Source of the DNA: a virus | Direction: 5' to 3' (one strand) | Virus record (IMG/VR): IMGVR_UViG_3300044825_001871 | Coordinates: 92,236-156,235 of that record | Length of the DNA stretch: 64,000 nucleotides | Shown: piece after piece, positions 8,899-18,343 of the stretch | How the letters are laid out: every line of letters starts with the position of its first letter | Position numbering within the stretch: position 1 is the first letter of the stretch | Translations under genes and position numbers: made by a program | Notes under the pieces: generated by a model | The model's input: only the letters and a program-made list of their open reading frames with translations | What the model was told of the DNA's origin: nothing | The model's database searches: none

Positions 8899-9267
8899 AT
8901 GACGGTAAAACTTGCTCTTTTAAAATCGGGCGAAGACGTAATTGCTGACGTTCAAGAAATGGTAGTGGGTAAAGAACCCGAACAAAAAGTAGTTGGATAT
9001 ATTTTTAATAAACCTTGTAGCATTAAAATGCGAGTCAGGGAAGAAGATAATGATAAGGAAAAAACTGATTCAGTAAAAATCAGATTGACTCCTTGGATCA
9101 TACTAACAAAGGATACTAAAATCCCAGTATCTTTAGATTGGGTAATTACTCTTGTTGATCCAATAGATCAACTTCTAAAAATGTATCAAGAGGACATCTT
9201 AAACAATGGAAAAGATAATCAAAGTATTAGTTCTAATGAATCAGCAAATCCTGATATCTCAAATTGA
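8899..9267 (+). CDS. Conserved cyanophage hypothetical protein
   Basis: MTVKLALLKSGEDVIAD pattern; strong RBS; upstream of gp43. Confidence 0.75.
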   Translation: MTVKLALLKSGEDVIADVQEMVVGKEPEQKVVGYIFNKPCSIKMRVREEDNDKEKTDSVKIRLTPWIILTKDTKIPVSLDWVITLVDPIDQLLKMYQEDILNNGKDNQSISSNESANPDISN

Positions 9268-9466
9268 GGAAGTTGGTGCTGACATTGGAGAACCAGATTG
9301 CAAGCTAGTTACTCCTTTTGTCATAAAAAATGATATGATGTTGGAACCATTTCTTAGTCGATATACAAAACAAAATACATTTATGATGAGTTCCGACAAG
9401 ATTCTTACTCTTGTGGATCCTACGCCCAATTTACTTGAAAAATACCAGGACTTGATTAAAGAATGA
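9206..9466 (+). CDS. Conserved cyanophage hypothetical protein (distant paralog of the previous ORF)
   Basis: IGEPDCKL..PF, ILTLVDPT; overlaps the gp43 start. Confidence 0.7.
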   Translation: MEKIIKVLVLMNQQILISQIEEVGADIGEPDCKLVTPFVIKNDMMLEPFLSRYTKQNTFMMSSDKILTLVDPTPNLLEKYQDLIKE

Positions 9467-11964
9467 CTCAACGCTTTTATACTAATGTTCAATTGATTGG
9501 AAATCAAATTCTTGTTCGTGGAGTTGAAAATGGAAAAAGATTTGAAAATAGAGATGAGTTTTACCCAACCCTATTTGTAAAAACCAAAAAAGATTCAAAA
9601 TATCGAACCTTAAGTGGGGAATTTGTAGAACCAATAAAACCCGGAACAATTAAAGATTGTCGCGAGTTTTATAAAAAGTATGAAAGCGTAGATGGATTTG
9701 AGATCTATGGGAATGACAGGTACATCTGTCAATATATTTCCGAAAAATATCCAGAGGATGAAATTAAGTTTGATATTAGTAAAATCAAACTTGTAACTCT
9801 AGATATTGAGGTTGCTTCTGAAGGAGGATTCCCCGATGTAGAATCTTGTTCTGAGGAAATTCTTGCAATTAGTATTCAGGATTACACTACTAAAGAGATT
9901 ATTACTTGGGGAGTTAAACCATTTAAACACAATCGTAAGGACTTGACTTACCATTATTGTCCTTCTGAATATGAACTTCTCAATAATTTTATCAATTATT
10001 GGATGTTTAATGTTCCTGATGTTATTACTGGGTGGAACATTCAACTTTATGATGTCCCTTATATTTGTAAGCGTCTCAATCGGGTTCTTGGTGAAAAACT
10101 AATGAAGCGTTTTTCTAACTGGGGACTTGTAACTGAAGGAGAAACTTATATTCAAGGAAGAAAGCACACTACATTTGATATTGGTGGTCTTACTCAACTT
10201 GATTATCTTGACCTCTATAAGAAGTTTACATATAAGGCACAGGAATCATATCGTCTTGATTATATTGCCGAAGTCGAGTTAGGACAGAAAAAACTTGATC
10301 ACTCTGAGTTTGATACCTTTAAGGACTTTTATACGCAGGGGTGGCAAAAATTCATTGAATATAACATCATTGACGTAGAACTTGTTGACCGTTTGGAAGA
10401 CAAGATGAAACTCATTGAGTTGGCACTTACAATGGCATATGACGCAAAGGTGAACTATGCCGATGTTTTTTACCAAGTTCGTATGTGGGATAACATTATC
10501 TACACCTATCTAAAGAAAAGAAATATTGTTATTCCCCCAAAAAATAAAACACAGAAGAATGAAAAGTATGCAGGTGCTTATGTAAAAGAACCAGTTCCTG
10601 GAATGTATGATTGGGTTGTGAGTTTTGACTTGAACTCACTGTACCCGCACTTGATTATGATGTATAACATAAGTCCAGAAACTCTTCTGGAAGAAAAGCA
10701 TCCAACGGTTAATGTTGATAAAATTCTAAATCAGTCTATTAACTTTGAGATGTATAAAGATTATGCAGTTTGTGCAAACGGGGCAATGTTCCGTAAAGAC
10801 ATTCGTGGATTTCTTCCTGAGTTGATGGAAAAGATCTATAATGAACGGGTGATCTTTAAGAAAAAGATGCTTGCTGCAGAGCAAGAATATGAAAAAACAA
10901 AAAACAAAGAGTTGATTAAAGAGATTGCTCGTTGTAACAATATTCAGATGGCACGTAAGATTCAACTTAACTCTGCTTATGGTGCTATTGGTAATCAATA
11001 TTTCCGTTACTACAAACTAGCAAACGCTGAGGCAATTACATTGTCGGGTCAGGTTTCTATTCAATGGATTATGAACAAAGTCAATTCTTACTTGAATAAA
11101 ATTCTTAAAACAGGAAGTGAGGATTATGTTATTGCTTCAGATACTGACTCCTTGTATATTAATATGGGTCCTTTGGTTGAAAATGTATTCGAGGGAAGAG
11201 AGAAAACTACTGAAAGCATTGTTTCGTTCCTTGATAAGGTCTGTTCGATGGAATTTGAAAAATATATTGAAAGTTCTTATCAAGAATTGGCGGATTATGT
11301 GAACGCATATGAACAGAAAATGTTTATGAAGCGTGAGTGTGTCGCTGAGCGTGGTATTTGGACTGCAAAGAAACGATACATTCTTAGTGTTTGGGATAGT
11401 GAAGGCGTTAGGTATAAAGAACCTAAATTGAAAATTAAAGGTATTGAGGCAATTAAGTCTTCTACTCCAGCACCTTGTCGTAAGATGCTGAAAGAATCTT
11501 TCAGCATTATGATGAGTGGAACAGAAGATGATATGATTAGTTTTATCGATAAATGTCGCCTTGAATTTAGGACACTTCCCCCAGAGTCTATCTCTTTCCC
11601 AAGGTCAGCTTCTGACGTTCAGAAGTACTCTTCTTCATCTGACATTTACATTAAGGGAACTCCGATTCATGTTCGTGGAGCACTTTTATTCAATCACTAT
11701 ATCAAACAGAATAAGTTGACTAACAAATATTCTCTTATTCAGAATGGGGAAAAGATCAAGTTTGTTTACCTTAAGAAACCAAATACTATTCACGAAAATG
11801 TGATTACATTCATCCAAGACTTTCCAAAGGAACTCAATCTTGACAAATATATAGACTATGAACTACAGTTTGAAAAAGCATTTCTAGAACCACTTAAGAT
11901 TATTCTTGATTCTATTGGATGGAATGTTGAAAAAACCTCAAGTTTGGAATCATTTTTCTTTTGA
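9463..11964 (+). CDS. gp43: Family B DNA polymerase
   Basis: Exo DIE; SFDLNSLYPH, KIQLNSAYG, SDTDS; PIP-like C-terminus SLESFFF. Confidence 0.98.
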   Translation: MTQRFYTNVQLIGNQILVRGVENGKRFENRDEFYPTLFVKTKKDSKYRTLSGEFVEPIKPGTIKDCREFYKKYESVDGFEIYGNDRYICQYISEKYPEDEIKFDISKIKLVTLDIEVASEGGFPDVESCSEEILAISIQDYTTKEIITWGVKPFKHNRKDLTYHYCPSEYELLNNFINYWMFNVPDVITGWNIQLYDVPYICKRLNRVLGEKLMKRFSNWGLVTEGETYIQGRKHTTFDIGGLTQLDYLDLYKKFTYKAQESYRLDYIAEVELGQKKLDHSEFDTFKDFYTQGWQKFIEYNIIDVELVDRLEDKMKLIELALTMAYDAKVNYADVFYQVRMWDNIIYTYLKKRNIVIPPKNKTQKNEKYAGAYVKEPVPGMYDWVVSFDLNSLYPHLIMMYNISPETLLEEKHPTVNVDKILNQSINFEMYKDYAVCANGAMFRKDIRGFLPELMEKIYNERVIFKKKMLAAEQEYEKTKNKELIKEIARCNNIQMARKIQLNSAYGAIGNQYFRYYKLANAEAITLSGQVSIQWIMNKVNSYLNKILKTGSEDYVIASDTDSLYINMGPLVENVFEGREKTTESIVSFLDKVCSMEFEKYIESSYQELADYVNAYEQKMFMKRECVAERGIWTAKKRYILSVWDSEGVRYKEPKLKIKGIEAIKSSTPAPCRKMLKESFSIMMSGTEDDMISFIDKCRLEFRTLPPESISFPRSASDVQKYSSSSDIYIKGTPIHVRGALLFNHYIKQNKLTNKYSLIQNGEKIKFVYLKKPNTIHENVITFIQDFPKELNLDKYIDYELQFEKAFLEPLKIILDSIGWNVEKTSSLESFFF

Positions 11965-12095
11965 TGGAAATACCCATAACTGAAAAAGAGTTTAAAAAGA
12001 TTATAGAGATTCTTGAAAAAACCAATGAAAAGGATCTTTATAACAAATTGTGGACTTTTAATTTTAATAGGAAAAATAAATTATGGACTTCTTAA
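11964..12095 (+). CDS. Small hypothetical protein (43 aa)
   Basis: TGATG overlap with gp43; [19 protein letters not shown]... Confidence 0.5.
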   Translation: MEIPITEKEFKKIIEILEKTNEKDLYNKLWTFNFNRKNKLWTS

Positions 12096-13090
12096 AGGAT
12101 ATTGTAAAAGAGATTGGTGATGATTTCACTAAATTGGCATCAGATATTGATGAAACGGAAACTTATGTTGATACAGGTTCGTACATTTTTAATGCACTGG
12201 TTTCAGGTAGCATATTTGGTGGTGTATCTGGCAATAAGATTACTGCTATTGCTGGAGAGTCTAGTACTGGAAAAACTTTCTTCAGCCTCGCCGTTGTTAA
12301 GAATTTTCTTGATACCAATCCCGATGGTTATTGTCTCTATTTTGATACTGAAGCCGCTATTACTAAATCACTTGTAGAATCCCGTGGAATTGATACTTCT
12401 CGTCTGGTTGTTGTTAACGTTGTTACTATTGAAGAGTTTCGTACTAAGGCGCTCAAAGCAGTAGACTTATACTTAAAAAAACCTGTAGAAGAACGCAAAC
12501 CTTGTATGTTTGTGTTAGACTCTCTGGGAATGCTTTCCACAGAGAAAGAAATCACTGATGCACTCAACGATAAGCAAGTTCGTGATATGACTAAATCGCA
12601 ACTTGTTAAGGGTGCTTTCCGAATGTTAACTCTTAAGCTAGGTCAAGCAAATGTTCCACTCATTGTCACAAATCATACATACGATGTCATCGGAGCTTAC
12701 GTACCAACGAAAGAAATGGGGGGAGGTTCTGGACTCAAATACGCAGCGTCTACGATCATCTATCTCAGCAAGAAAAAAGAAAAAGATGGAACGGAAGTGG
12801 TTGGAAACATTATCAAAGCTAAGACTGCTAAATCGCGTTTGAGTAAGGAGAACAAAGATGTTGAAGTCCGTCTGTATTATGATGAGCGCGGTCTTGATCG
12901 TTACTATGGTCTTCTGGAACTTGGTGAGATTGGTGGACTCTGGAAGAATGTAGCAGGACGCTATGAGATTGATGGTAAGAAACTTTATGCTAAACAGATT
13001 CTAAAAGAACCTGAAGTATATTTCACTGAAGAAGTGATGCAACAATTGGACGAAATCGCACGTAAGGAATTTAGTTATGGAGAAAGTTGA
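12083..13090 (+). CDS. uvsX: RecA-like recombinase UvsX
   Basis: [26 protein letters not shown]. Confidence 0.95.
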   Translation: MDFLKDIVKEIGDDFTKLASDIDETETYVDTGSYIFNALVSGSIFGGVSGNKITAIAGESSTGKTFFSLAVVKNFLDTNPDGYCLYFDTEAAITKSLVESRGIDTSRLVVVNVVTIEEFRTKALKAVDLYLKKPVEERKPCMFVLDSLGMLSTEKEITDALNDKQVRDMTKSQLVKGAFRMLTLKLGQANVPLIVTNHTYDVIGAYVPTKEMGGGSGLKYAASTIIYLSKKKEKDGTEVVGNIIKAKTAKSRLSKENKDVEVRLYYDERGLDRYYGLLELGEIGGLWKNVAGRYEIDGKKLYAKQILKEPEVYFTEEVMQQLDEIARKEFSYGES

Positions 13091-14453
13091 GTTTCTAATC
13101 CTTAGAAACCTTTTACACAATGAAAAATATATTAGGAAAGTAATACCCTTTATTAAATCTGAATATTTTGAAGATCAAAATCAAAAAATTGTATTTGAAG
13201 AAATATTATCTTTTGTCCAAGAATATAATCAACCTGCAACAAAAGAAGTTCTCTGCATTGAGGTAGAAAAAAGAACAGATATTAACGAGCAGTCTTTTAA
13301 AGAAATCTCTCAAATTATTTCTTGTCTTGAAGATGTTCCCGCTGAGTTTAATTGGTTAATTGATACTACTGAAAAGTGGTGTAGAGATCGTGCCATTTAT
13401 TTGGCACTTATGGAGTCTATTCATATTGCAGATGGAAATGACGAAAAGAAGAATCGTGACAGCATTCCTTCTATTCTTTCTGATGCTCTTGCTGTAAGTT
13501 TTGATAATCATGTCGGTCATGATTATCTCCAAGACTACGAACAAAGATATGAGTCTTATCACAAAAAGGAGGATAAAATTGAATTTGATCTTGAATACTT
13601 TAACAAAATCACGAAAGGTGGTCTCCCTAACAAAACTCTTAACATCGCTCTTGCTGGTACGGGCGTCGGCAAGTCTCTATTCATGTGCCATGTGGCTAGC
13701 TCCGTCTTGCTCCAAGGGAGGAACGTTCTGTACATTACGCTGGAAATGGCAGAAGAACGCATTGCTGAAAGAATTGACGCAAACCTCTTGAATGTTCCCA
13801 TTCAAGATATTGTAGATCTTCCTAAGCAGATGTTTGAAAACAAGGTAACGAACCTTTCAAAGAAAACTCAAGGAACCTTAATTATTAAAGAGTATCCAAC
13901 TGCTTCCGCACATGCCGGACATTTTAAAGCGTTGTTGAATGAACTTGCACTTAAGAAATCATTCAGACCAGATATTATCTTTATTGACTACCTTAATATT
14001 TGTTCTTCTTCTAGGTATCGCGGCAATTCAAATATTAACTCTTACACTTTCGTGAAAGCAATCGCAGAAGAACTTCGTGGTCTTGCTGTAGAATTTAGTG
14101 TTCCTATTGTAAGTGCCACTCAGACCACTCGTTCCGGTTATGGTTCCTCTGATGTTGAACTAACTGATACCTCTGAGTCTTTCGGTCTTCCTGCAACTGC
14201 AGACTTAATGTTTGCTCTGATTTCCACAGAGGAACTTGAGGGTCTCGGGCAAATTTTAGTCAAGCAACTTAAGAATCGTTATAATGATCCAACCATTCAT
14301 AAGCGATTTGTTGTTGGTATTGACCGTGCCAAAATGCGTCTTTATGACTGCGAACAATCTGCTCAACAAGATATCCTTGACAATGGAAAGGATGAAGAGT
14401 ATGATTATGAAGAAAAGAAACCAAAGAAAACATTTGAAGGATTTAAATTCTAA
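13077..14453 (+). CDS. gp41: Replicative DnaB-like helicase
   Basis: [28 protein letters not shown]. Confidence 0.96.
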   Translation: MEKVEFLILRNLLHNEKYIRKVIPFIKSEYFEDQNQKIVFEEILSFVQEYNQPATKEVLCIEVEKRTDINEQSFKEISQIISCLEDVPAEFNWLIDTTEKWCRDRAIYLALMESIHIADGNDEKKNRDSIPSILSDALAVSFDNHVGHDYLQDYEQRYESYHKKEDKIEFDLEYFNKITKGGLPNKTLNIALAGTGVGKSLFMCHVASSVLLQGRNVLYITLEMAEERIAERIDANLLNVPIQDIVDLPKQMFENKVTNLSKKTQGTLIIKEYPTASAHAGHFKALLNELALKKSFRPDIIFIDYLNICSSSRYRGNSNINSYTFVKAIAEELRGLAVEFSVPIVSATQTTRSGYGSSDVELTDTSESFGLPATADLMFALISTEELEGLGQILVKQLKNRYNDPTIHKRFVVGIDRAKMRLYDCEQSAQQDILDNGKDEEYDYEEKKPKKTFEGFKF

Positions 14454-14857
14454 TGACTATTGACCTTAAAAAATACGTTGACTTTGTTGATGCAACTACG
14501 TCAAATCCTAGCAAACAATATAGTGATTTTCTCACACGTCTCCACAGTCTTGAAGTGGAGGGATTTCCTACCGAGCGACTGCTTACTGCTGCTGTAGGAA
14601 TGTCTGCAGAAGCAGGTGAGTTTACTGAGATTGTAAAGAAAATGGTCTTTCAAGGTAAACCAGTAAATGAAGAAAATCTGTTTCACCTAAAGCGTGAACT
14701 TGGTGATATTATGTGGTATGTTTCTCAAGCGTGTATTGGACTTGATATTTCTCTTGAAGAAGTAATCCAAATGAACTTTGAGAAACTAAGTGCCCGTTAT
14801 CCTGAAGGTGCATTTAGTATTGAACGTTCTGAAAATCGTAAGGAGGGAGATCTGTGA
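14453..14857 (+). CDS. mazG: MazG nucleotide pyrophosphohydrolase
   Basis: EAGEFTEIVKK, ELGDIMWY, KLSARYP. Confidence 0.92.
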   Translation: MTIDLKKYVDFVDATTSNPSKQYSDFLTRLHSLEVEGFPTERLLTAAVGMSAEAGEFTEIVKKMVFQGKPVNEENLFHLKRELGDIMWYVSQACIGLDISLEEVIQMNFEKLSARYPEGAFSIERSENRKEGDL

Positions 14858-15039
14858 CTAAAGAAAAGCAAGTAACAATCAAAATGGATGCTCGCACAGC
14901 AGCAGCAGTTCGCCAAGTTCTGTTTGATTCACAAAAAGGATATACTTACAATGAGGAAAGTGTTCCTCCTCGTATTGATGACATTCGTGGAGTGATCCAA
15001 CAACTTGATGATAACATTGGTGCTGTTCTTGGTGCTTAA
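14854..15039 (+). CDS. Hypothetical protein
   Basis: 61-aa ORF coupled to mazG by a GTGA overlap, RBS GGAGGGAG. Confidence 0.65.
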   Translation: MTKEKQVTIKMDARTAAAVRQVLFDSQKGYTYNEESVPPRIDDIRGVIQQLDDNIGAVLGA

Positions 15040-15055
15040 ATAAATATTTTAAAAA

Positions 15056-15454
15056 ATGTCTTTAATTGGAAAAAGAAAAGGAAGACCAACTACAAAATAT
15101 CAGTTTGAGTTAATTTTAAAAAAGTTTTTGGTCTTTTTAAAAAGAGAACTTAAATTTAATTATAATATTCCAATTATTCTTGTGGATGATGTTGATTTTT
15201 CTAAAAACAATAAAACATTTGGTATAATGTATCCAGATAAAATTGTTATTAGTATTGTCAATCGTCATCCTATAGATATTTTAAGAACAGTAGCACACGA
15301 ATATATTCACCATAAGCAACAAAGTGAAGGTAAAAAACTAAATGGAAATGCAGGAAGTTCCAGTGAAAATGAAGCAAATGCAAAGGCGGGTGAGATAATA
15401 AGAAAATATGGAAATCTTCATCCAGAGTTATTTGACCTAATACCTATTAGATAA
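15056..15454 (+). CDS. Hypothetical protein with HExxH (zincin-like) motif
   Basis: DILRTVAHEYIHHKQ...ENEANA. Confidence 0.65.
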   Translation: MSLIGKRKGRPTTKYQFELILKKFLVFLKRELKFNYNIPIILVDDVDFSKNNKTFGIMYPDKIVISIVNRHPIDILRTVAHEYIHHKQQSEGKKLNGNAGSSSENEANAKAGEIIRKYGNLHPELFDLIPIR

Positions 15455-15462
15455 TTTGTTTT

Positions 15463-15470
15463 TATAAATA
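15463..15470 (+). promoter_or_regulatory. T4-type late promoter
   Basis: TATAAATA inside a 23-bp block identical to 986-1008. Confidence 0.8.
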
Positions 15471-15493
15471 ACTAAAAAGTATTTGTAAAAAAA

Positions 15494-16213
15494 ATGTCTA
15501 GACTCACTGGAAATGATGCATATGGTCTGATGGAAGCATATTCTGCTGTTTATCAACCAAGACTAGAATTGACTGAGGAAGAAATTTGGGAAGAAGTTGA
15601 AAACTTTGTAAATGAACTCATAGAGGAAGGATATGATCTGAGTGAGTATACTTGGGAAGATATGTATGAAGCATATATCGAAGAGGCAAGAGCAGAAGGT
15701 GTAAAACCTTATAAACCACAGCCATTAAAACCATTACCTCAAGCAAAACCACTTTCTGGACAGAGGGGTGATGGAAGTGGATATAAAGATCGTACTGGAA
15801 AAACAGAAGGGCCTCTTATTACAGTAAATCCAGGAAATCCAGAAGAAGCAAGAAAAGCTTTAGAAAAAACTAAACAAAAACCACATACAAGAACTGGAAA
15901 CCCAACTAGGATTATGAGCCCTAATCTTTCTACCACTAGAGAGGTTGATGCTGTTCGTGGAATGGTTCAAGGTAAAGCGATCAATAATCCAACAGCATCT
16001 AGTTTGCCTAAAGGGTCATCGGCAAAACCAAAACTTTCTAGAGAAATTATAAGAAGACCTCAAGCAGAGGAAGTAGATGTATATGATGTTATTCTTTCTC
16101 ACTTGCTTGATGAAGGATATGCAAGTTCTGTAGATGCTGCAGAAGCAATTATGGTTAATATGAGTGAAGATTGGAGAGATATTATTATTGAAGAAATCCT
16201 TGGTGAAGCATAG
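15494..16213 (+). CDS. Modular hypothetical protein (LLDEGY-module family); possible read-through to 16282
   Basis: Shares modules with 1015..2037; conserved tail in frame after the TAG. Confidence 0.8.
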   Translation: MSRLTGNDAYGLMEAYSAVYQPRLELTEEEIWEEVENFVNELIEEGYDLSEYTWEDMYEAYIEEARAEGVKPYKPQPLKPLPQAKPLSGQRGDGSGYKDRTGKTEGPLITVNPGNPEEARKALEKTKQKPHTRTGNPTRIMSPNLSTTREVDAVRGMVQGKAINNPTASSLPKGSSAKPKLSREIIRRPQAEEVDVYDVILSHLLDEGYASSVDAAEAIMVNMSEDWRDIIIEEILGEA

Positions 16214-16307
16214 GGTCTTGGTGGCGTAACCAAGAATCCTAAGAAACTCCGTAAGCAAAAAGCAATGGGTGAGCACGGTTGAAAATCTAAATTATAAAAT
16301 TTATTGA

Positions 16308-16346
16308 CCCCCTCTTTCTAAATATAAGAAAGAGGGGGGATTTTTT
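16308..16346 (+). promoter_or_regulatory. 12-bp hairpin with T-tract; overlaps a late promoter variant (CTAAATA) and pairs the RBS of 16348
   Basis: CCCCCTCTTTCT-aaatata-AGAAAGAGGGGG then TTTTTT ATG. Confidence 0.65.
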
Positions 16347-16347
16347 T

Positions 16348-17031
16348 ATGTTTGCTCTAAGAGGATTTCAATATGAAAAAAGTATTTTTAACATGTTGAT
16401 GCAAAATAATCTGACGGAACAAAGGTATAGCCCTGCGGCAAGTTCCCACGAATCAGACACTGCATTTAAAATTAAAAATAAAGTTTATAATTTAGAAGTT
16501 AAATTAGACCTAAACGCAGATTTTGGGCAAGGAACTTTAAGATATGATATCGATAATAAAACCTGGGTTACTTATTCTGACAATCGATCTATGAAAAAAA
16601 TATTAGACTTTTTTGAAGTTGCTGATTTTGCGAATGAATCTTGGAAAGGGGTAATTCCATATAGTAACTATAAACACGTTGACATTTATAAAAAAAGACC
16701 TCCTCAAAAAAGATTGTTACCACATGAAGATCTTTCGGATAGGAGAAATTTTACAGATAATTACAAAAAATTAACTGGAAATCCAATAGCAGATTATTAC
16801 AACAGCAAAGACGTGTATTATATTCAAATAGGAAAAAATAAAGGATTTTATTATATGGGGAAAGATATTGCTAATTTAGGAGTTCCCGAATTCAATCCAA
16901 CAGAGCAAAAAATAAGAATAAGAAGAAAAGAAGGTAGGTTTACTACTGCTATTCTTATAAGCACAAATGTCCCAAGCTCTTTATATAACTTAGATTATAA
17001 TGCAATATTTTTGATCAATAAAAATAAATAA
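16348..17031 (+). CDS. Putative PD-(D/E)XK nuclease
   Basis: GFQYE helix, SD...NLEVK motif, DFGQ; AT-rich. Confidence 0.5.
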   Translation: MFALRGFQYEKSIFNMLMQNNLTEQRYSPAASSHESDTAFKIKNKVYNLEVKLDLNADFGQGTLRYDIDNKTWVTYSDNRSMKKILDFFEVADFANESWKGVIPYSNYKHVDIYKKRPPQKRLLPHEDLSDRRNFTDNYKKLTGNPIADYYNSKDVYYIQIGKNKGFYYMGKDIANLGVPEFNPTEQKIRIRRKEGRFTTAILISTNVPSSLYNLDYNAIFLINKNK

Positions 17032-17051
17032 ATACTTAGAAACACTATAAG

Positions 17052-18338
17052 ATGAAGAAATTTTCCCAATTTATATTAGAAGCAAAAGAAACCAGAGCCT
17101 CCGAGCAAGCAAAAAAGCTTGGTCTGGTTGGTGATGGTCATGGGGATTGGTATAATTCTCAGGGAGAATTTGTTGCTAAAACTGTAGACGGGCAACTCAA
17201 ATTCTTTAATCAAGGACAGAGAGTGGGACAGAGAGATATTCCTCCAAAACCAGGCAAAGGAAGAGGAGCAGCAACAGCACAACAGCAAATTTCTCCTCAA
17301 CAATCTCAGGGACAGCAAATTTCTCCCCAAAGAATACCTATCGGACAAGAAGATCAAATGCCTGCTGATGATGAGTTTTTGACTATTGTTCTTGCCAAAT
17401 TTAATCCACCATCAAAGGAACATAAGAAGTTATTTACTGCAGCAAAAAGAGTTTCTTTAGGTGGAGAAGTAAGGATATATCCCTCACAAATACAAGATAA
17501 TAAAAAAAATCCATTAAGTGTGAATAGAAAGGTATATTATTTGAAAACAATGTTTCCAGAAATTAAAGATGATATCGTAAACAACCCAGAAATTAGAACT
17601 ATATTTGATGTTCTAATTGCCGCAAATGAAGATGGATATTCGAATGTAAATATTGTGGTTGGATCTGATCGCCAAGCTGAAATTCAAAATTTAGCAAATA
17701 AACATAATGGGAAATTTTATCAGTATAATGAAATAAAAGTAATTCCTACTGGAACATTTGATTCTGAGAAAGATGTTTCTGGCATTTCTTCTGGTATGAT
17801 GAGAAAGACTGCTGCTGATAATAATTTTAGAGAATTTAAAAGAGCAGTCCCTAAAACTATTGATGATGTTGATGCTAGAAAATTGTTTAATGAACTTAGA
17901 AAGGCAATGGGATTTAAAGAAAATGTTAAAGAAAATTATAATCTTTGGGAAATCGCTCCAGAATTAGATTTTAAAAATCTGAGGGAAAATTATATTCAGA
18001 ACAAAATTTTTAAAATAGGTGATATTGTTGAAAATATGAATACTGGATTAGTTGGTAAAGTTATGCGTAGGGGCACAAATTATTTAATTTGTGTTACCGA
18101 AAATGATGTTATGTTTAAATCTTGGATAAAAGACCTTGTTGAATATAGTGAAGTTAAAATGGATAAAATGTATAGAGAATCTGGGAAACCAAATACTCTT
18201 GTTGGTACAACTGGATATCTTAAGTATGCAGTTAAACAAACTCCAGGAGCTACTTTAGGAAAAGAAAATCTTCAACCTAAAGGTAAGGCATTTCTAAATT
18301 TCATAAATAAGTATAGAAAAAGTAAAGTAAGTGCTTAA
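17052..18338 (+). CDS. Cyanophage cytidyltransferase-like (HIGH-fold nucleotidyltransferase) protein
   Basis: KFNPP..EH, KNPLS, IVVGSDR, SGISSGMMR; the HxGH motif is degenerate. Confidence 0.75.
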   Translation: MKKFSQFILEAKETRASEQAKKLGLVGDGHGDWYNSQGEFVAKTVDGQLKFFNQGQRVGQRDIPPKPGKGRGAATAQQQISPQQSQGQQISPQRIPIGQEDQMPADDEFLTIVLAKFNPPSKEHKKLFTAAKRVSLGGEVRIYPSQIQDNKKNPLSVNRKVYYLKTMFPEIKDDIVNNPEIRTIFDVLIAANEDGYSNVNIVVGSDRQAEIQNLANKHNGKFYQYNEIKVIPTGTFDSEKDVSGISSGMMRKTAADNNFREFKRAVPKTIDDVDARKLFNELRKAMGFKENVKENYNLWEIAPELDFKNLRENYIQNKIFKIGDIVENMNTGLVGKVMRRGTNYLICVTENDVMFKSWIKDLVEYSEVKMDKMYRESGKPNTLVGTTGYLKYAVKQTPGATLGKENLQPKGKAFLNFINKYRKSKVSA

Positions 18339-18343
18339 TTACG

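Noticed and set aside
17281-17331. Short tandem repeat encoding QQISPQ twice
   Set aside because: Low-complexity linker duplication inside a CDS; only two units
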